A stretch of 64,000 nucleotides of DNA. Source: Eledone cirrhosa. Taxonomy: Eukaryota. The translations under genes were made by a program, and so were the position numbers. Shown here piece after piece: positions 38,520-51,590 of this stretch; the first letter of the stretch is position 1, and each line of letters starts with the position of its first letter. Below the pieces are notes generated by a model. The model was not told the DNA's origin and did no database searches. It saw only the letters and a program-made list of their open reading frames with translations. Location: contig OZ024753.1 in NCBI GenBank assembly GCA_964016885.1, positions 28,954,001 to 29,018,000 of the forward strand, given 5' to 3'.

Positions 38520-38765
38520 GGTTTCTTATATAGACACAAGGCCAGCAATTTTGAGGGAGGGAGACGTCGATTAAATCGATTCCAGTGCGTGACTGGTACT
38601 TTATTTTATCGATCCCGTAAGGATGAAAGGCAAAGCTAACCTCGGCGGGATTTGAACTCTGACCGTAACTCTATGCTGCAAAGGGCCGTAACTCTATGCT
38701 GCAAAGCATGGCGTCTAACCCTCTACCGATACTGCCAATAATAATTGTTTCTACATTTGGCACAA
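38520..38765 (-). mobile_element. Nin-SINE
   Basis: Near-full copy with A and B boxes and core. Confidence 0.85.
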
Positions 38766-39402
38766 TAATAATAATGGTTTTGTTATTTGCTACAAGGGAG
38801 GCGGATGAAAGGATATTACAAGAACGAACAACAAAACGGTAGGGGTTTAATCGAGTGTGGAAAGTTAAAAAAAGGAGACACGAAAAACAACAACAAACAT
38901 GGTATGAAAAACAATAACATAAAAATGACATGAACAATCTTTCGATAGGTGAACTTCCTCCTGGACGCACATCTCGGTTTACTCTGACTTCCAAAAATCA
39001 GTGGATTCTATCAGCTGTGATCTCTTTAGGGGAACTTAATGAAGACTTGATCAAAGGGCAAAGTATATGTCCTCAGCCCTTTGAATCGGGTCCGCTACAT
39101 ATTTCGCCCCTATCCACCGGGTAGAGGAAAACGGGCTGGTCTTCCTTGCACCTCATTGTTTAAAAAAAAAATATATATATAAAAGCCCTTTTTCCTTCAA
39201 CTTGATATGCTCGTGGAATCGTCCAACGACAGATTGAAGAGCAGTACAACAGAGAACAAAAATAAAGAAAAGTATATTCATTTCCTCACACAATCAATAA
39301 TTACAGACATGCCAACCTCTAAAAATCCAAACGGGGAGTACCATGAAAACGAGAGAAATGAGGCAAAACAGAGAGAAATGAGGCAAAATGGGGAGATTTT
39401 AC

Positions 39403-39592
39403 ATAATTGTTTCTACTTTTGGCACAAGGCCAGCAATTATCCCAGTGTATTACTGGTACTTTATTTTATCGACCCCGTAAGGATGAAAGGCAAAGTTAAC
39501 CTCGGTGGGATTTGAACTCAGACCATAAAGGGCCGTAACTCTTTGCTGCAAAGTATAGCGTCAGACCCTCTACCGATACTGCCAAACCACCA
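39403..39592 (-). mobile_element. Nin-SINE
   Basis: Same family consensus as 60525-60739. Confidence 0.85.
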
Positions 39593-40461
39593 CATAATGA
39601 AAGCTATACCCATTTTCACAAGAGAGGACATCTCTCACCCGACCCAAAGTGGGTGGGAGATCTCCCTGTCGAATGGGGGAGAGTTGACAGTTCTGTAGTT
39701 ATGTAAAACATCACATAGAAAGCACACAAATGATAGAGCTACTAGTAGTAACATCACGAATAAAATAACAAATGTATCTTCATATAAAAAAGGATTTCAA
39801 ACTAAAACACACGTAAAAAGATAAACCAGAAAAAATTAAATAAATCAAACACAACAAAATTATAAATTAAAATAAATCAAATCGAAAGAAACCCAAAGAA
39901 AAACCATAAAATAAGGAATTATTGGGATGGGGAGAAAAGAGAAAACACACACACACACACAATAAACCATATAGGGAGGAGTATATAGATGGTTTAATTA
40001 AGTCTAGGGATGTCACTAGTACTTTAGTTTACTGTGACTAATAGAAAAAAGAATGACAAATTTGAGCACTGTGAGATTTGAGCTCAGAAGGTAAAGAGGC
40101 TGAACTCGACACCGTTTGGTATTTGTTCAGCCCTTCTACAGATGTTGCCACTCACAGCCTTTAACAAAAATAATAATAATAATAATAATAATGGTTTCTG
40201 ATTTAGACAAAAGGCCAGCAAATTTTGGGGGAAGGGAAAGTCGATTAAATCGGCAGTTCTGTTGATTGAATCAGCTGGAGCACACGTCGTCGGAAAAGAC
40301 AGAGGTCGAACAACAATATGTTTGAAAATAAAGCAAATGAAAATGAAGCTTTGGTCGATCCGAAGCTATAAGAGAAAACTCAACAAAGAATCGCGCAATG
40401 GGATTGAGTTAAACCATTAATGCACTGGGTAATTGCTGGCCTTGTGCCTAAAGTAGAAACA

Positions 40462-40493
<32 letters not shown>

Positions 40494-40669
40494 TCATAAT
40501 AAGACAACACAGCTTAGACAAGAAGCTCAAACTCGGTGCGTGGAATAATAATAAAGGAAAAAAACAAAAACAAACGGCAACGATTGCAATGGAAGTGCAT
40601 TTAAAGTGCAAAATAACTAAATGATCAGTCAAACAGAATCTTCTTGTGACGCTAAACTCCGCCAGTTGC

Positions 40670-40880
40670 AGACTGCGCATTAACATGTGATATCTCTCTC
40701 CACAAAGTCCGATCACCAGCAAAGATCAAGTCCAGTCCATGAATTGACATTGTCAAGCCATCGTTTTGGCTGCCGGCCTCTGCTTCTCTACCAGCCAACC
40801 TTCCTTCCAGGCATAACCTACTCATACCACGAGTTGATCTTCTTATATGGCCGTATAGTTTGAGTACTCATGACTTGACA
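40670..40880 (-). mobile_element. RTE-type LINE 3' fragment
   Basis: Reverse complement of 61040-61285 (YGHIRR..LEGR..KRSRG..RWLDNV). Confidence 0.8.
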
Positions 40881-41465
40881 AACAGATAGCTGAATGATAA
40901 TGATCCAGGAGTTGTGTGCATGTAGATAAATAATAATTAACGAAACAGCAAACAACACAAGGCAGATATCTGAATGATATCCAGGAGTTGTGGGTATGTA
41001 GATTAGATAAATAACGAAACAGCAAACAACACTAGGCAGAGTGAAGGCAAAACAACAAAACATGACCATCATTTAAGGGTAGATAATATCCGATGCCAAA
41101 CCTACATGCTTTCGTCATTTCGTGATTTGAGAGGGAGATCGATAATCTAAATGGAAAATGATCTGGAGGTAAACTGATATGAGTTATCATCAGAATAATA
41201 GTTCGATTTTAGTTTACATATGATTGATATTTTAGCAAAGAAATATATTTTAGAAAGGAGAAAAGAAGAAAGAAAAGCACATATGATGTTAATTTTCATT
41301 GTATTCATTTCCCTAATACACACACACATATATATATACATATACATACATATATATGTGTATGTATATATATATATATGTGTGTGTGTGTATATATATA
41401 TATGTGTGTGTGTATATATATATATATATGTATATATGTAATTGAATATATATACATATATATAA

Positions 41466-41541
<76 letters not shown>

Positions 41542-42054
41542 ATGTGTGTGTGTGTATGTACACTCACACAAATACACACAAAACTGTTATCTATTAAGAA
41601 CACCGTATGAGGTGTATACTTGTTTCGCCATTACAATAGGTCTTCAGAAATGTTTAACGAAATAAGTGTCTATCCGTTCTTAAACAAAATATTCTCTACA
41701 TATCAAATATTTGGAGGAATTTGTTGAACAGTGAATTCCATAATAAGACAATTAGGGAGACACCTGATATTACATATATATATAGTAATAATAATACATT
41801 TGAAGACTAAAATCCCGCTAAGGTTGAAAGCAGTGATTCTTTGCTTAAACTTTAATCTGTTATTTTAATAAATATATATATATATAATAAATCAAGAAGG
41901 AAGAGTGACATGGTTTGCTATACAATAAGGGCTTCTATCCACTACTCGGAGTACCCTAACTGGACTAGATCTAAGTGGACTACCTATAACAATAATTTGT
42001 TATCCCATATAACAATAATTTATTATCCCATATATATGTAAAGGAACGATCAAC

Positions 42055-42256
42055 TTTCGTCAAATCGGACCGAGGAAACAATGTTTCCGTTGGTCTTTCC
42101 AATTGCTAATACTATCTATCGGTGGCAACTCCAGGTAGAAGGAGCAACGTGAAATAAAGTGTCTTGCTCAAGGACATAACGCATCGCCCGGTCCATGAAT
42201 TGAACTCACAACCTCACGATTGCGAATCCAATTCTCTAACCACTCAGCCACACGCC
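42055..42256 (-). mobile_element. tRNA-derived CORE-type SINE
   Basis: Minus strand GGCGTGTGGCTGAGTGG (A box), GAGTTCAATTC (B box), GTCCTTGAGCAAGACACTT (CORE-like). Confidence 0.85.
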
Positions 42257-44293
42257 TACGCTCTGTTTCCCCCCCCCGCCCCGGTTCCTTTCCCTTTTCT
42301 AGGCCCCGCTGCAACACCTGTCCCCACATCACCAACACCACCACCTTCCAGGGTCCCAACGGCCACTCTCTCTCTGTCCGGCATGCCTTCCGCTGCACCT
42401 CCTCCAACCTAGTCTACGGACTTCGCTGCACGGAGTGCAGCGCGACTTATGTCGGACAGACGGGACGTCGCCTGGCGGACCGATTCACTGAGCACCTCCG
42501 GGATATTCGTCTCGGTGGTAGTTCCCCCATCGCCCGCCACTTTGGTGGCCCTGGACATTCCGCACGCCATCTCACAGTCTGTGGCCTACTCCAATACCAC
42601 GGAACACCCGCCAATCGCCTTAGAGTCGAACAAAGAACTATCTTCATCTTACAGACCCACACTCCCCCCGGCCTGAACTCCCCACCCTTATTCCTTTAGC
42701 CTTCGACCTCCCCCCTCCCCCCACACTTATCCCCCACTAACACCACTAACACACCCCTCCTTTTCACCGCCCACCCCACAACTAACAATACTAACACCTC
42801 CCCTCCACCCCTCATCCGACCACCCTTCCCCAACTAACATACTAACATCCCTCCCTTCTTCTCCTCCTCCCCCCTCCTTATCACACGCACACACCCACCG
42901 GCACATATATACACGCGCTCACACTAAACACACACCCTACTACCACCACTAACCCTCACCCCCACACCTCCATCCCACCACCCCGCAACTAACCTCACTA
43001 ACACCCCCTGACCCCAAGCATACGAACACAGGCACCCACTTACACCACCCACCCACCCCACACGCAACTAACATCACTAACACCCCCCAACCCCACGCAC
43101 ACGTACCCACACACCCTCGTACACCACCAACTCTACACACCCTACCACCACTCACACCTGCATTCAACCCTTCCCCACCTCCCGTATACTAACACCCACT
43201 AACACCCCTTCATCAAACTACACACACACCAGTACACCACACTCCCTCCATAGAACTACACACACCCTTCTCTCCCCGCTCCACCCACACCCTCGCTCCA
43301 CACTCACTCATCCCACTAACACCTCTACTAATACACACAAACACACCCTCCTCACTCCAACTTTCACACCTACCCATCCTCGCCCCTTTACCATTCCACC
43401 GACTGCTGCTATGCCCTCTGACCACCTCCCAGCACAAACAGACACACAGCACTCCCACTGCTTGACCACTTCCTGTTGCGCGCGCACCCCACATTTCTCC
43501 TCTTCCGACCATCTCTTCATGGAATACTCGTATGTGGAACTTGACCACCACAGAATCCACTAAACATCATAGGATTTTACCAACTTTTCAACCATCCTCT
43601 TACGGGATCACCTATATAACTCACCCACACACACACCCAAAAAAATTTTTTTTCTCCACATCTCACCTACACCCACAACACGTTTAAACCCCACACACAC
43701 GTGCTTTCCACCACATATTTACACCCTCAGCCTCCTGATTCCTCCCCCCCCCCCCACCCCTCTATCCACACAGACATTCCGACCTACAAATCCCCTCCAC
43801 ACACACCTCTTCCTGAACATGCAGCCCCGTTCTTCCCCCAACCCTTACTTTTACATACACACACACACGTACATGTACACCTACACACACACACCACCTT
43901 CAGCCCTCCCCGCTCGGACACCCCGTCTCCCTCTCCCCACTCCACCCGCCACCACCCCTACACCCCCACACCCCTCCACCTCCTGTTTTACCCCTCTTTT
44001 AATTTCAGTTTATTTTGATCATGCTTTTATATTAAATTTTATTTCATTCCTTGTATTTTGATCATGCTTTATTTTTATTTTTAATTTCATTCGCACCGTT
44101 TCCTTTCGCTATATGCCTCTCCACCACTCCCCTACACACCCTTTGAACTCTGTTCCCACACACACTTCTCACCTGAGGAAGGGCTTATGCCCGAAACGTC
44201 GTTCCCCACCACCACCCCACTCTCCAGAGCGTGAAATTAATAAACATTCGTTGTACTGCCTCTCTGTTTTGTTCCTGTTCAAATTTTTCCATT
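42257..44293 (+). mobile_element. 5'-truncated Penelope-like element (Neptune-like GIY-YIG) with a long C/A-rich 3' region
   Basis: RPRCNTCPHI..FRCTSSNLVYGLRCTECSATYVGQTGRRLADRFTEH..HF..LQTHTPPGLN, stop at 42699; ends with a hammerhead and AATAAA before (TA)n. Confidence 0.9.
44171..44202 (+). ncRNA. Minimal hammerhead motif in the PLE pseudo-LTR
   Basis: AC-CTGAGGA-a GGGC ttat GCCC-GAAA-CG-TC-GT; palindromic ACGT stem III; stem I only 2 bp. Confidence 0.7.
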
Positions 44294-44335
44294 ATATATA
44301 TATATATAAAAAGATGGACGGGTACCACATACATG

Positions 44336-44373
<38 letters not shown>

Positions 44374-44391
44374 CATACATGTATGTGGTAC

Positions 44392-44442
<51 letters not shown>

Positions 44443-44487
44443 TATATATGTATATGTATATATATATATACACATATATATATATAT

Positions 44488-44760
44488 GTTGGTCCAGTCC
44501 GAAATAAATGAGGTCGTGTAGGTGTCACGACAAAAACACAGTCCACACTGTAATGTGGCCGTGTAGGTAACACGGTAAAAAGTTCCCAGTCCACACTGTA
44601 AACGTGGTTGGTGTTAGGAAGGGCATCCAGCCGTAGAAAACCCGCCAGACAGTCCTATACGAGCAGGATAACCAATCTTGCCTCAAGTGGGAAAACTCCT
44701 GTCCAAACCCATGCAAGCGTGGAAGATGGACATTAAACGATGATGATGATGATGATGATA
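44488..44760 (+). mobile_element. RTE 3' UTR / tail fragment
   Basis: Matches 20330-20730; (GAT)n tail. Confidence 0.88.
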
Positions 44761-44775
44761 TATATTTGGGTATTA

Positions 44776-44839
<64 letters not shown>

Positions 44840-44859
44840 AGTATTATGTGTATATATAT

Positions 44860-45161
44860 AATTGTTTCTACTTTTGGCACAAGGCCAGAAATTACCCAGT
44901 TCATTACTGGTACTTTACTTTATCGACCCCATAAGGATGAAAGGCGAAGTTAACCTTGGCGGGATTTGAACTCAGAATGACAAGGGCCGTAACTCTATGC
45001 GTCAAAGCATGGCGTCCAACCCTCTACCGATACTGCCAATCCATATATATAATTGTTTCTACGTTAGGCACAAGGCCAGCAATTACCCAGTGCATTACTG
45101 GTACTTTATTTTATCGACCCGGTAAGGATGAAAGGCAAAGTTAACCTCGGCGGGATTTGAA
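44860..45161 (-). mobile_element. Two adjacent Nin-SINE copies
   Basis: One full copy and one 5'-truncated copy. Confidence 0.85.
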
Positions 45162-46007
45162 ATGTAATGTATACACATTATAAAGAATGGGGAGCCTACG
45201 GCTGACCTCTTGCCATTTCAACAATTAGTTCTGGACAGACACACACATATATATATGCTTCCCTCACCATATTCTATGAGAAGCTCGCCTACATCAATAC
45301 AAGATCATTTAGTCCACTCATTGTATTTGTCAAATACCTGTGAACTAATCTAACGAACCTACCCGCAAATACAGATATTTCCATTATAAAGGCTCACTGA
45401 AGGTCACTTGATACATACATCCCTACCATAATAATGTATGTATATATATTTTTATATTAAAATTAAATGTGTGAAAATCCTGGGTGTATAATCAAGATTG
45501 ACGAAAACATTTTTATATCTAAGTTCGCTTATATATAGACCTCTCTACTATGTATATATATCAAATGTATTTAATATGGAACTGTTTCATTCGAAGGAAA
45601 TCATCAGGAAAGGACCTTAGTTATTTGTCTTGAACCTGGGACTCAGACACACGCATATATAGCAAATATTTTATTCAAAGTTGTATAAACAACATTACAA
45701 ATCGTTTGCATTTATTTGTGATGTAATACCATTTAGTTGGTTTTAAGATAGTTACTTGATGTAAAATACAATATAGTTAAAATACCTTTCAGAGAAATAA
45801 CCCCCCCCCCATTTTAACCACAGTTATAGAAATGTCACCAGGAGACAGGTACATGTATGTATGCATGCATGTATATATATCTACGTACGTATGTATATAT
45901 TTATGTATGTTGTATATGTGTATGTATGTACCTTTATATGTATGCATGCCTGCATGCACATATGCATATACGTATGCATGCATGTATGTATGTGTGAATG
46001 TGTGGAT

Positions 46008-46073
<66 letters not shown>

Positions 46074-46362
46074 CAGAGTTGTGTCGGAGGCTAACCACGA
46101 TTAAAAATGGTACTCAATACAGTGGTAGAGTATAGGCATCTTTATTATATACATATTCTACAAGACTAGAACTGTTTCATTCGTATGAAATCCCCAGAAA
46201 TATCTTGATGATTTCATAAGTCGTTTCTCTCTCTCTATATAATAACAATAGATATATATATATATAATAAAGATATATAGATAGCTAGATATATACATAT
46301 ATATATGTGTGTGCATGTGGATACACACACACACATATATATATATTATAGAATTGCACCAT

Positions 46363-46421
<59 letters not shown>

Positions 46422-46638
46422 TGTAGGTTAACTTAGCGTATGCTGATATTAATCTATCTACATACACATAAACACACACATATGCTTACACGCACGCTCA
46501 CTTACATACATATACATACATATGTATATATTTTTATATGTTTGTAAGTGAGTGAGCGTGCGAGGATGTGTGTGTCTGTGTGTGTTTGTCATGTGTATGT
46601 AACGAAATGAATCAAGCTTAATGAAGTTTAGGGAATAC

Positions 46639-47105
46639 CTTGGACGTTGTTGGTTCTTTGGTCGCTTTTTTGGTTGGGATTGTTACAGTAGAAGGTGGGT
46701 TAGTTGTAGTTGTGGTGGTACTACGTTTTGTAGTAGTAGTAGTAGTAGAAGTAGAAGTAGTAGTAGTAGTAGTGGGCTTGGGGGTAGTGGTAGTTGTAGT
46801 GGTTGTAGTAGTAGTTGCAGCGACAGTGGGGATGGTAATGGTGGAAGTGGTGGTAGATGAAGTAGTGGTTGTAGAAGGGATGATGAATGGGGTCGAAGTG
46901 GCAGCAGTGGTTTTAGCACCAAATTTAGCTTCCTTAAATGTGGTCGCAGTGGTGTTGGTAGCAGCGGTGGTGGTTATAGCAGCGGTGGTGGTTACAGCAG
47001 CGCTATAGCGAACAGTCGAGCGACGTTTCGGTCGTTGTGTTCGCGTCGGCTTCACCTGGTTATCAGTTGAAATTGGTGGTACTTCGGTAATCCCATTGAG
47101 ATCAT
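46639..47105 (-). CDS. LDLa gene exon: Thr/Ser/Pro-rich mucin-like stalk
   Basis: tttcag|AT GAT CTC ... TCC AAG|gtattc, phase 1 to 0, consistent with both neighbouring exons; DDLNGITEVPPIST..RPKRR..TTTTTTPKPTTTT..EPTTSK. Confidence 0.85.
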
Positions 47106-47171
47106 CTGAAACAATAATGTTGATGATGATGATGATGATAACAACTCCAACAACAGCAATAATAATTATAA

Positions 47172-47392
47172 TAATTGTTTCTGATTTAGGCACAATGCCA
47201 GCAATTTTGGGGGGAGGGGAAATTCGATTAAATCGACTCCAGTGCGTGACTGGTACTTTATTTTATCGACCTCGTATGGATGAAAAGCAAAGTTAACCTC
47301 AGCAGGATTTGAAATCAGAACGTAATGAGAAGTAACTCTAAGCTGGAAAACATGGTGTCTGGTGCTCTTCCGATACTGCCAATCCACCACCC
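47172..47392 (-). mobile_element. Nin-SINE
   Basis: Full-length copy about 65 nt upstream of the mucin exon acceptor. Confidence 0.85.
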
Positions 47393-47584
47393 TAATAATA
47401 ATAAATTATACCCTACAACAAATATAAACAGATTGTACGTGACGAGAAGAGAATGGTGGTAGAGGTCTCATCTGTGTGTATTATTGTGTAAGAAAAGAAA
47501 GGAGAACGTTTGCAGCTACGAAGCTTTGTTGCATTATACAGCAGAAGATACGGGTGTAGATGATATGGATGGTAAAGAAGAGTT

Positions 47585-47735
47585 TAACTAAAAAGTTGAA
47601 GCGAAAAGAAAATATCTTCTGAAAATGAGAATACATGGGTAGTTTGAAAGACAGGGTATCAAGGATGAAACATTGTGGACATGGCTTTAGCAAGGTGATT
47701 TGAAGCGTACCACTGAAAGCCTTATAAATACAAGC
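47585..47735 (+). mobile_element. R4/Dong-like non-LTR fragment
   Basis: Translation ..HG*F..WTWLSKGDLKRTTESLI resembles the conserved post-RT motif of R4-clade elements. Confidence 0.55.
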
Positions 47736-49174
47736 CCCTCTATGATAGGGTCAGTTTGTACTTCCTTTGGCTGTTATGTCGTAAATATCAATACGAAGTG
47801 ATAGAGAATTGTTATGAGTATGTGCCTTGTAACTAATGCTGGAGGGTGGGAAAGCAACGACATTCTGGGATTATGATTTTCAGAAAAGTTTCCTACATTT
47901 TCCAGATTTCCTTTCCTCCTCCACCTCACCACAAGACTATACAGGCAAGGAAAATATCTGCTATTTCCATTATGTTAAACTTCTCCTTTGGTCTCTTTTA
48001 TAAAAGAAATACAATAAGTACATTTTCCTAGAAATTATCGGGCGTGTAAGAAAACTCTTACTCTCTTGTCGACTAATTATTATCAATGCAGAACATCAAA
48101 AGTTTCTTAATATTTCACATTTTACCATATCTTTTATAAAGTATTGTCACATTATACTTTTATATCCTTTGTGTTTTACTTTGATTTGTTGACTAAGCAT
48201 TTCTTTTGATTCTCGAATATCGTAATTTATTATTTTATATGAAAATTAATTTACTGCTATTTTTTAGTTCTTTGTATTCAGCTTAGTTTTCTTGTCTAAT
48301 AATTTCTTTTGATTCGAGATTATATTGATTCGTTATTTTATATGAAATTAATTTACTGTTCAAATTGTATTTTTATTCATTTCTTAATCAGAGTTTTGTT
48401 ATATTCATTTATACTTTATTATCAGTATTTGGTAATAAGGTAATACCGCCACGACAACACTAATATAAACATATCTAAAAGTAATAACACCAACAGCGTT
48501 GAAACAAAATGATTAGCAACTATAACAATGAAAATTTCAACAACCTGTAGCACTAGCAACATTATCAATAATAATTACAATATCAGCAACAATGACAACT
48601 ATGAAATTACTATTTCAAACTACAAGGAGGAGAAAGTAACTGAGGTTGGCGAGAGAGAGAAATAAAAATGAAAGAAAAGGATTAAAAACTTCAGTTGTAA
48701 CAATAACAGCGAAACGATATCACGATCAACTTAATATTTAGGTGCATTAGTTACCAGGAAAAGTAGAATCAACAAAGCTACCATGGTTGTTTCTATATAT
48801 GGTGTGAGAAGTGGACACAGAATAGCCGAATGGTTAAAGAGTTTGCTTGGCAATCATTAGGTCCAGAGTTGGATCTCATTCCGAGACATCTTGGGCAAAT
48901 GTCATTTAGGTGTGAACACTGAGTAGGCGCGAAAACTGGTTAGAAGCTCGTTGGATTGTCGCGCTGTGTCACCTGAAAATTGCGTTAAGAGTACTCATGT
49001 CTGTGAAAATCTCAGCCACCTACATGTTGATTCCACATTCAAATGGAACACGCATCCTTGAAACTGATGGAGATCTAGGAACTTCCGTCGCATGAAATAC
49101 AATAGTTCTTTGAGTAATTAACATACGTAGTGTTTCAATTAATTATACAATAAGGAGACGAAGAAGAGAATAAT

Positions 49175-49352
49175 GATTTCTACTTTAGGCACAAGGCCAG
49201 CAATTTGAAGGGAGGGGGAAAAGTCGATTAAATCGACCCAGTGTGTTACTGGTACTTTATTTTATCGACTCCGTAAGACAGAAAGCTAACCTCGTAACTC
49301 CATGTTGCGAAGCAGAGTGTCTGATGCTCTACCGATTACTGCTAATCCACCA
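49175..49352 (-). mobile_element. Nin-SINE (internally deleted)
   Basis: Tail, core and head motifs are present. Confidence 0.8.
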
Positions 49353-49412
49353 CCATTATGCAATAAGGAGAGGAAGAAGAAAATAATGTCAGTGACTAAT
49401 ATGTTGACTTAC

Positions 49413-49538
49413 CGCTATCGTTGCAAGACTTTTCGTCCATTCCATTGTGACAGTCCGGTTCACCGTCACAGACCCAGTCTTTTGATATACAGTAGGCATC
49501 GCCGCAAGAGATTTCGTTGTGTTGACAACTCTGGTCAC
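49413..49538 (-). CDS. LDL-receptor class A repeat exon (third in window)
   Basis: ctttag|GT GAC..AGC G|gtaagt, 126 nt, phase 1-1; [38 protein letters not shown] with six Cys and the DC..DE motif. Confidence 0.95.
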
Positions 49539-50809
49539 CTAAAGCGCAGAAAAACAACAGATTAAAATGAAGATACTATAAAAAATATAGGCACATAGAG
49601 AGATAGATAAAAGCCACTGGTCATCTAGAAAGTAGGAAAATAAAACAAGAAATTAAATAACATTTTTAAAAAGGTAATGTAAAAGATATAGGCACATAGA
49701 TAGATAAGAACCACTGATCGTCTATAAAGTAAGTAAAAAACGCAGAAATAAAAAAAAAACTGATTAAAAAGGGCACTGTAAAAAATATAAGCACATACTG
49801 AATCTCTATCGTAACTACAAACTACGAATGTTGAGAGCTTTCTCCTGCTTACTCCTGTTTTTACTAAGCACATAGATACATAAGACCCAATAGTCGTCTA
49901 AAAAGTGTATATATATATATATATATGAAAAAGTGAGTCCTTCATCAGTGACCCTCCAACCGTCCTCGGCATTTCATCGCTTTAAGGGCCATATGCCTCA
50001 GGTTGGTGCGAACAACGGCTAAGAAAAGTCGTTGGGACACGTAAATAAAGGGGGACGCTAGAGTAACAACAAAAAGGGTTTAAGCAACGGAAAGTGAGTA
50101 GAAATAGACAAGTCCCAGATCTCTATGAATATAAACTCTGTGAAATCGTGAACAAGAGACGAAAGACCATCGAACCTGGTAGAAATGTGAGCAAGGAAAG
50201 AATTTCGCCCAAGTTTGCCGGGGGGAAAAAAGAGAGAGAGAGAGACAGAGAAAGGAGAGAAGAAGAAGAAGAAGAAGAAGAAGAAGAAGATAAGGTGGTC
50301 TGGTCTGCGAAATCGGTAAACGCAAGTTTTGTGAAGTCACAGACGTGTATGTGTGGAAGAACTCATAAGAGTCAACGGCCATCCAAAAGTGTGTAAATAT
50401 GTGTATGTATATATGTATATACATGGGTGCATGTGTATGTATATGCGCGGGGACATAGAAATAGTCGGGCTGGACACCCGATCGCACGGTTAAACCACTG
50501 GGAGTGAAGGATCCTTAGCCTTTGTCAGGGCATTCTTCTAGGAGAAGGCAACTCAGGAAACTGGGATAACTCCGATATAAAACCTGCGGCTCAGTAATTA
50601 CCGATGATGTTGATCTTTTATTCTTTTCGGGTTATAGCTACTGTCGCTCAGAGAGTGGGATTGGCTCAGTGCACAGTCTTTCCTCACTTTAAAAATATCT
50701 TCACGCACAGGCATTGCACGATAGAATTAATTAATAATTATTAATAATGGTATATCATGCAATGGTCATACTCGATAACGAGGGGGCAGCCATCATGTGT
50801 GTGTATAAA

Positions 50810-51361
50810 GAAATGCCCTTACGGGTCGGGTCAGTAAATCTCGGTTTATGGTGAAATGAAAACATATCCGGGTTACTTTCTTATATTAACCGTAACCCAA
50901 AGAGTTCCCGCCTTCCCCCAATTGTTTTGTAGCTAGGATCTCACACTGTATATAATATAATTAATTTCTTTTCTATCTATATTCAGTATCTTAGCCACAA
51001 TCTTTGTCTTTGCCTAAATTAAATCTGCAATGGGATTCTTATATTGATAAATTGTATTTTAAGATCTGATTGGCATTTTATTGAAGGTTCTTGCTAATTT
51101 TGAATTTAGATATTTTCAATTTGTTTAGTTATTTTTTCAATTTATTAATGAGTTCAGAAATGAAAGCACTCCTTGTCTGTTGAATGTTACCCTTGTAGTA
51201 AAGAAATAAATCCTTTACCTCTTCCTCTGCATCATCGTTATCATCATTCTTATTAGAAAAATGTAATTACTTCCTGTCTGTCAAGAAATCTCTCTCTGTA
51301 TATGCATATATATGTAGATATGTGTATATATATATATGTGTGTGTGTGTGTGTGAGTGTGA

Positions 51362-51458
<97 letters not shown>

Positions 51459-51590
51459 GCCCTTACGGGTCAGCAAATCGGTTTATGGTAAAACGAAAGC
51501 ATATCTGGGTTGCTTTCATATGTTCACCGCTACTCAAAGGGTTCCCGCCTTCCCCAATTGCCTTGCAGCTAGGATATTGCACTGTATCAA
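50810..51590. repeat. Two diverged copies of a repeat of about 140 bp (50810-50950, 51454-51588) beside microsatellites
   Basis: Both begin AGAAATGCCCTTACGGGTC and contain GTTCCCGCCTTCCCCAATTG..GCTAGGAT..CACTGTAT. Confidence 0.7.

Noticed and set aside
15928-46479. Many Tyr/Ile-rich ORFs (e.g. 18947-19946, 31825-32767, 41147-41665)
   Set aside because: Translations of (TA)n/(CA)n microsatellites.
51221-51250. Possible 30-nt microexon between LDLa exons
   Set aside because: Weak acceptor, and the required phase 1 gives an immediate TGA.
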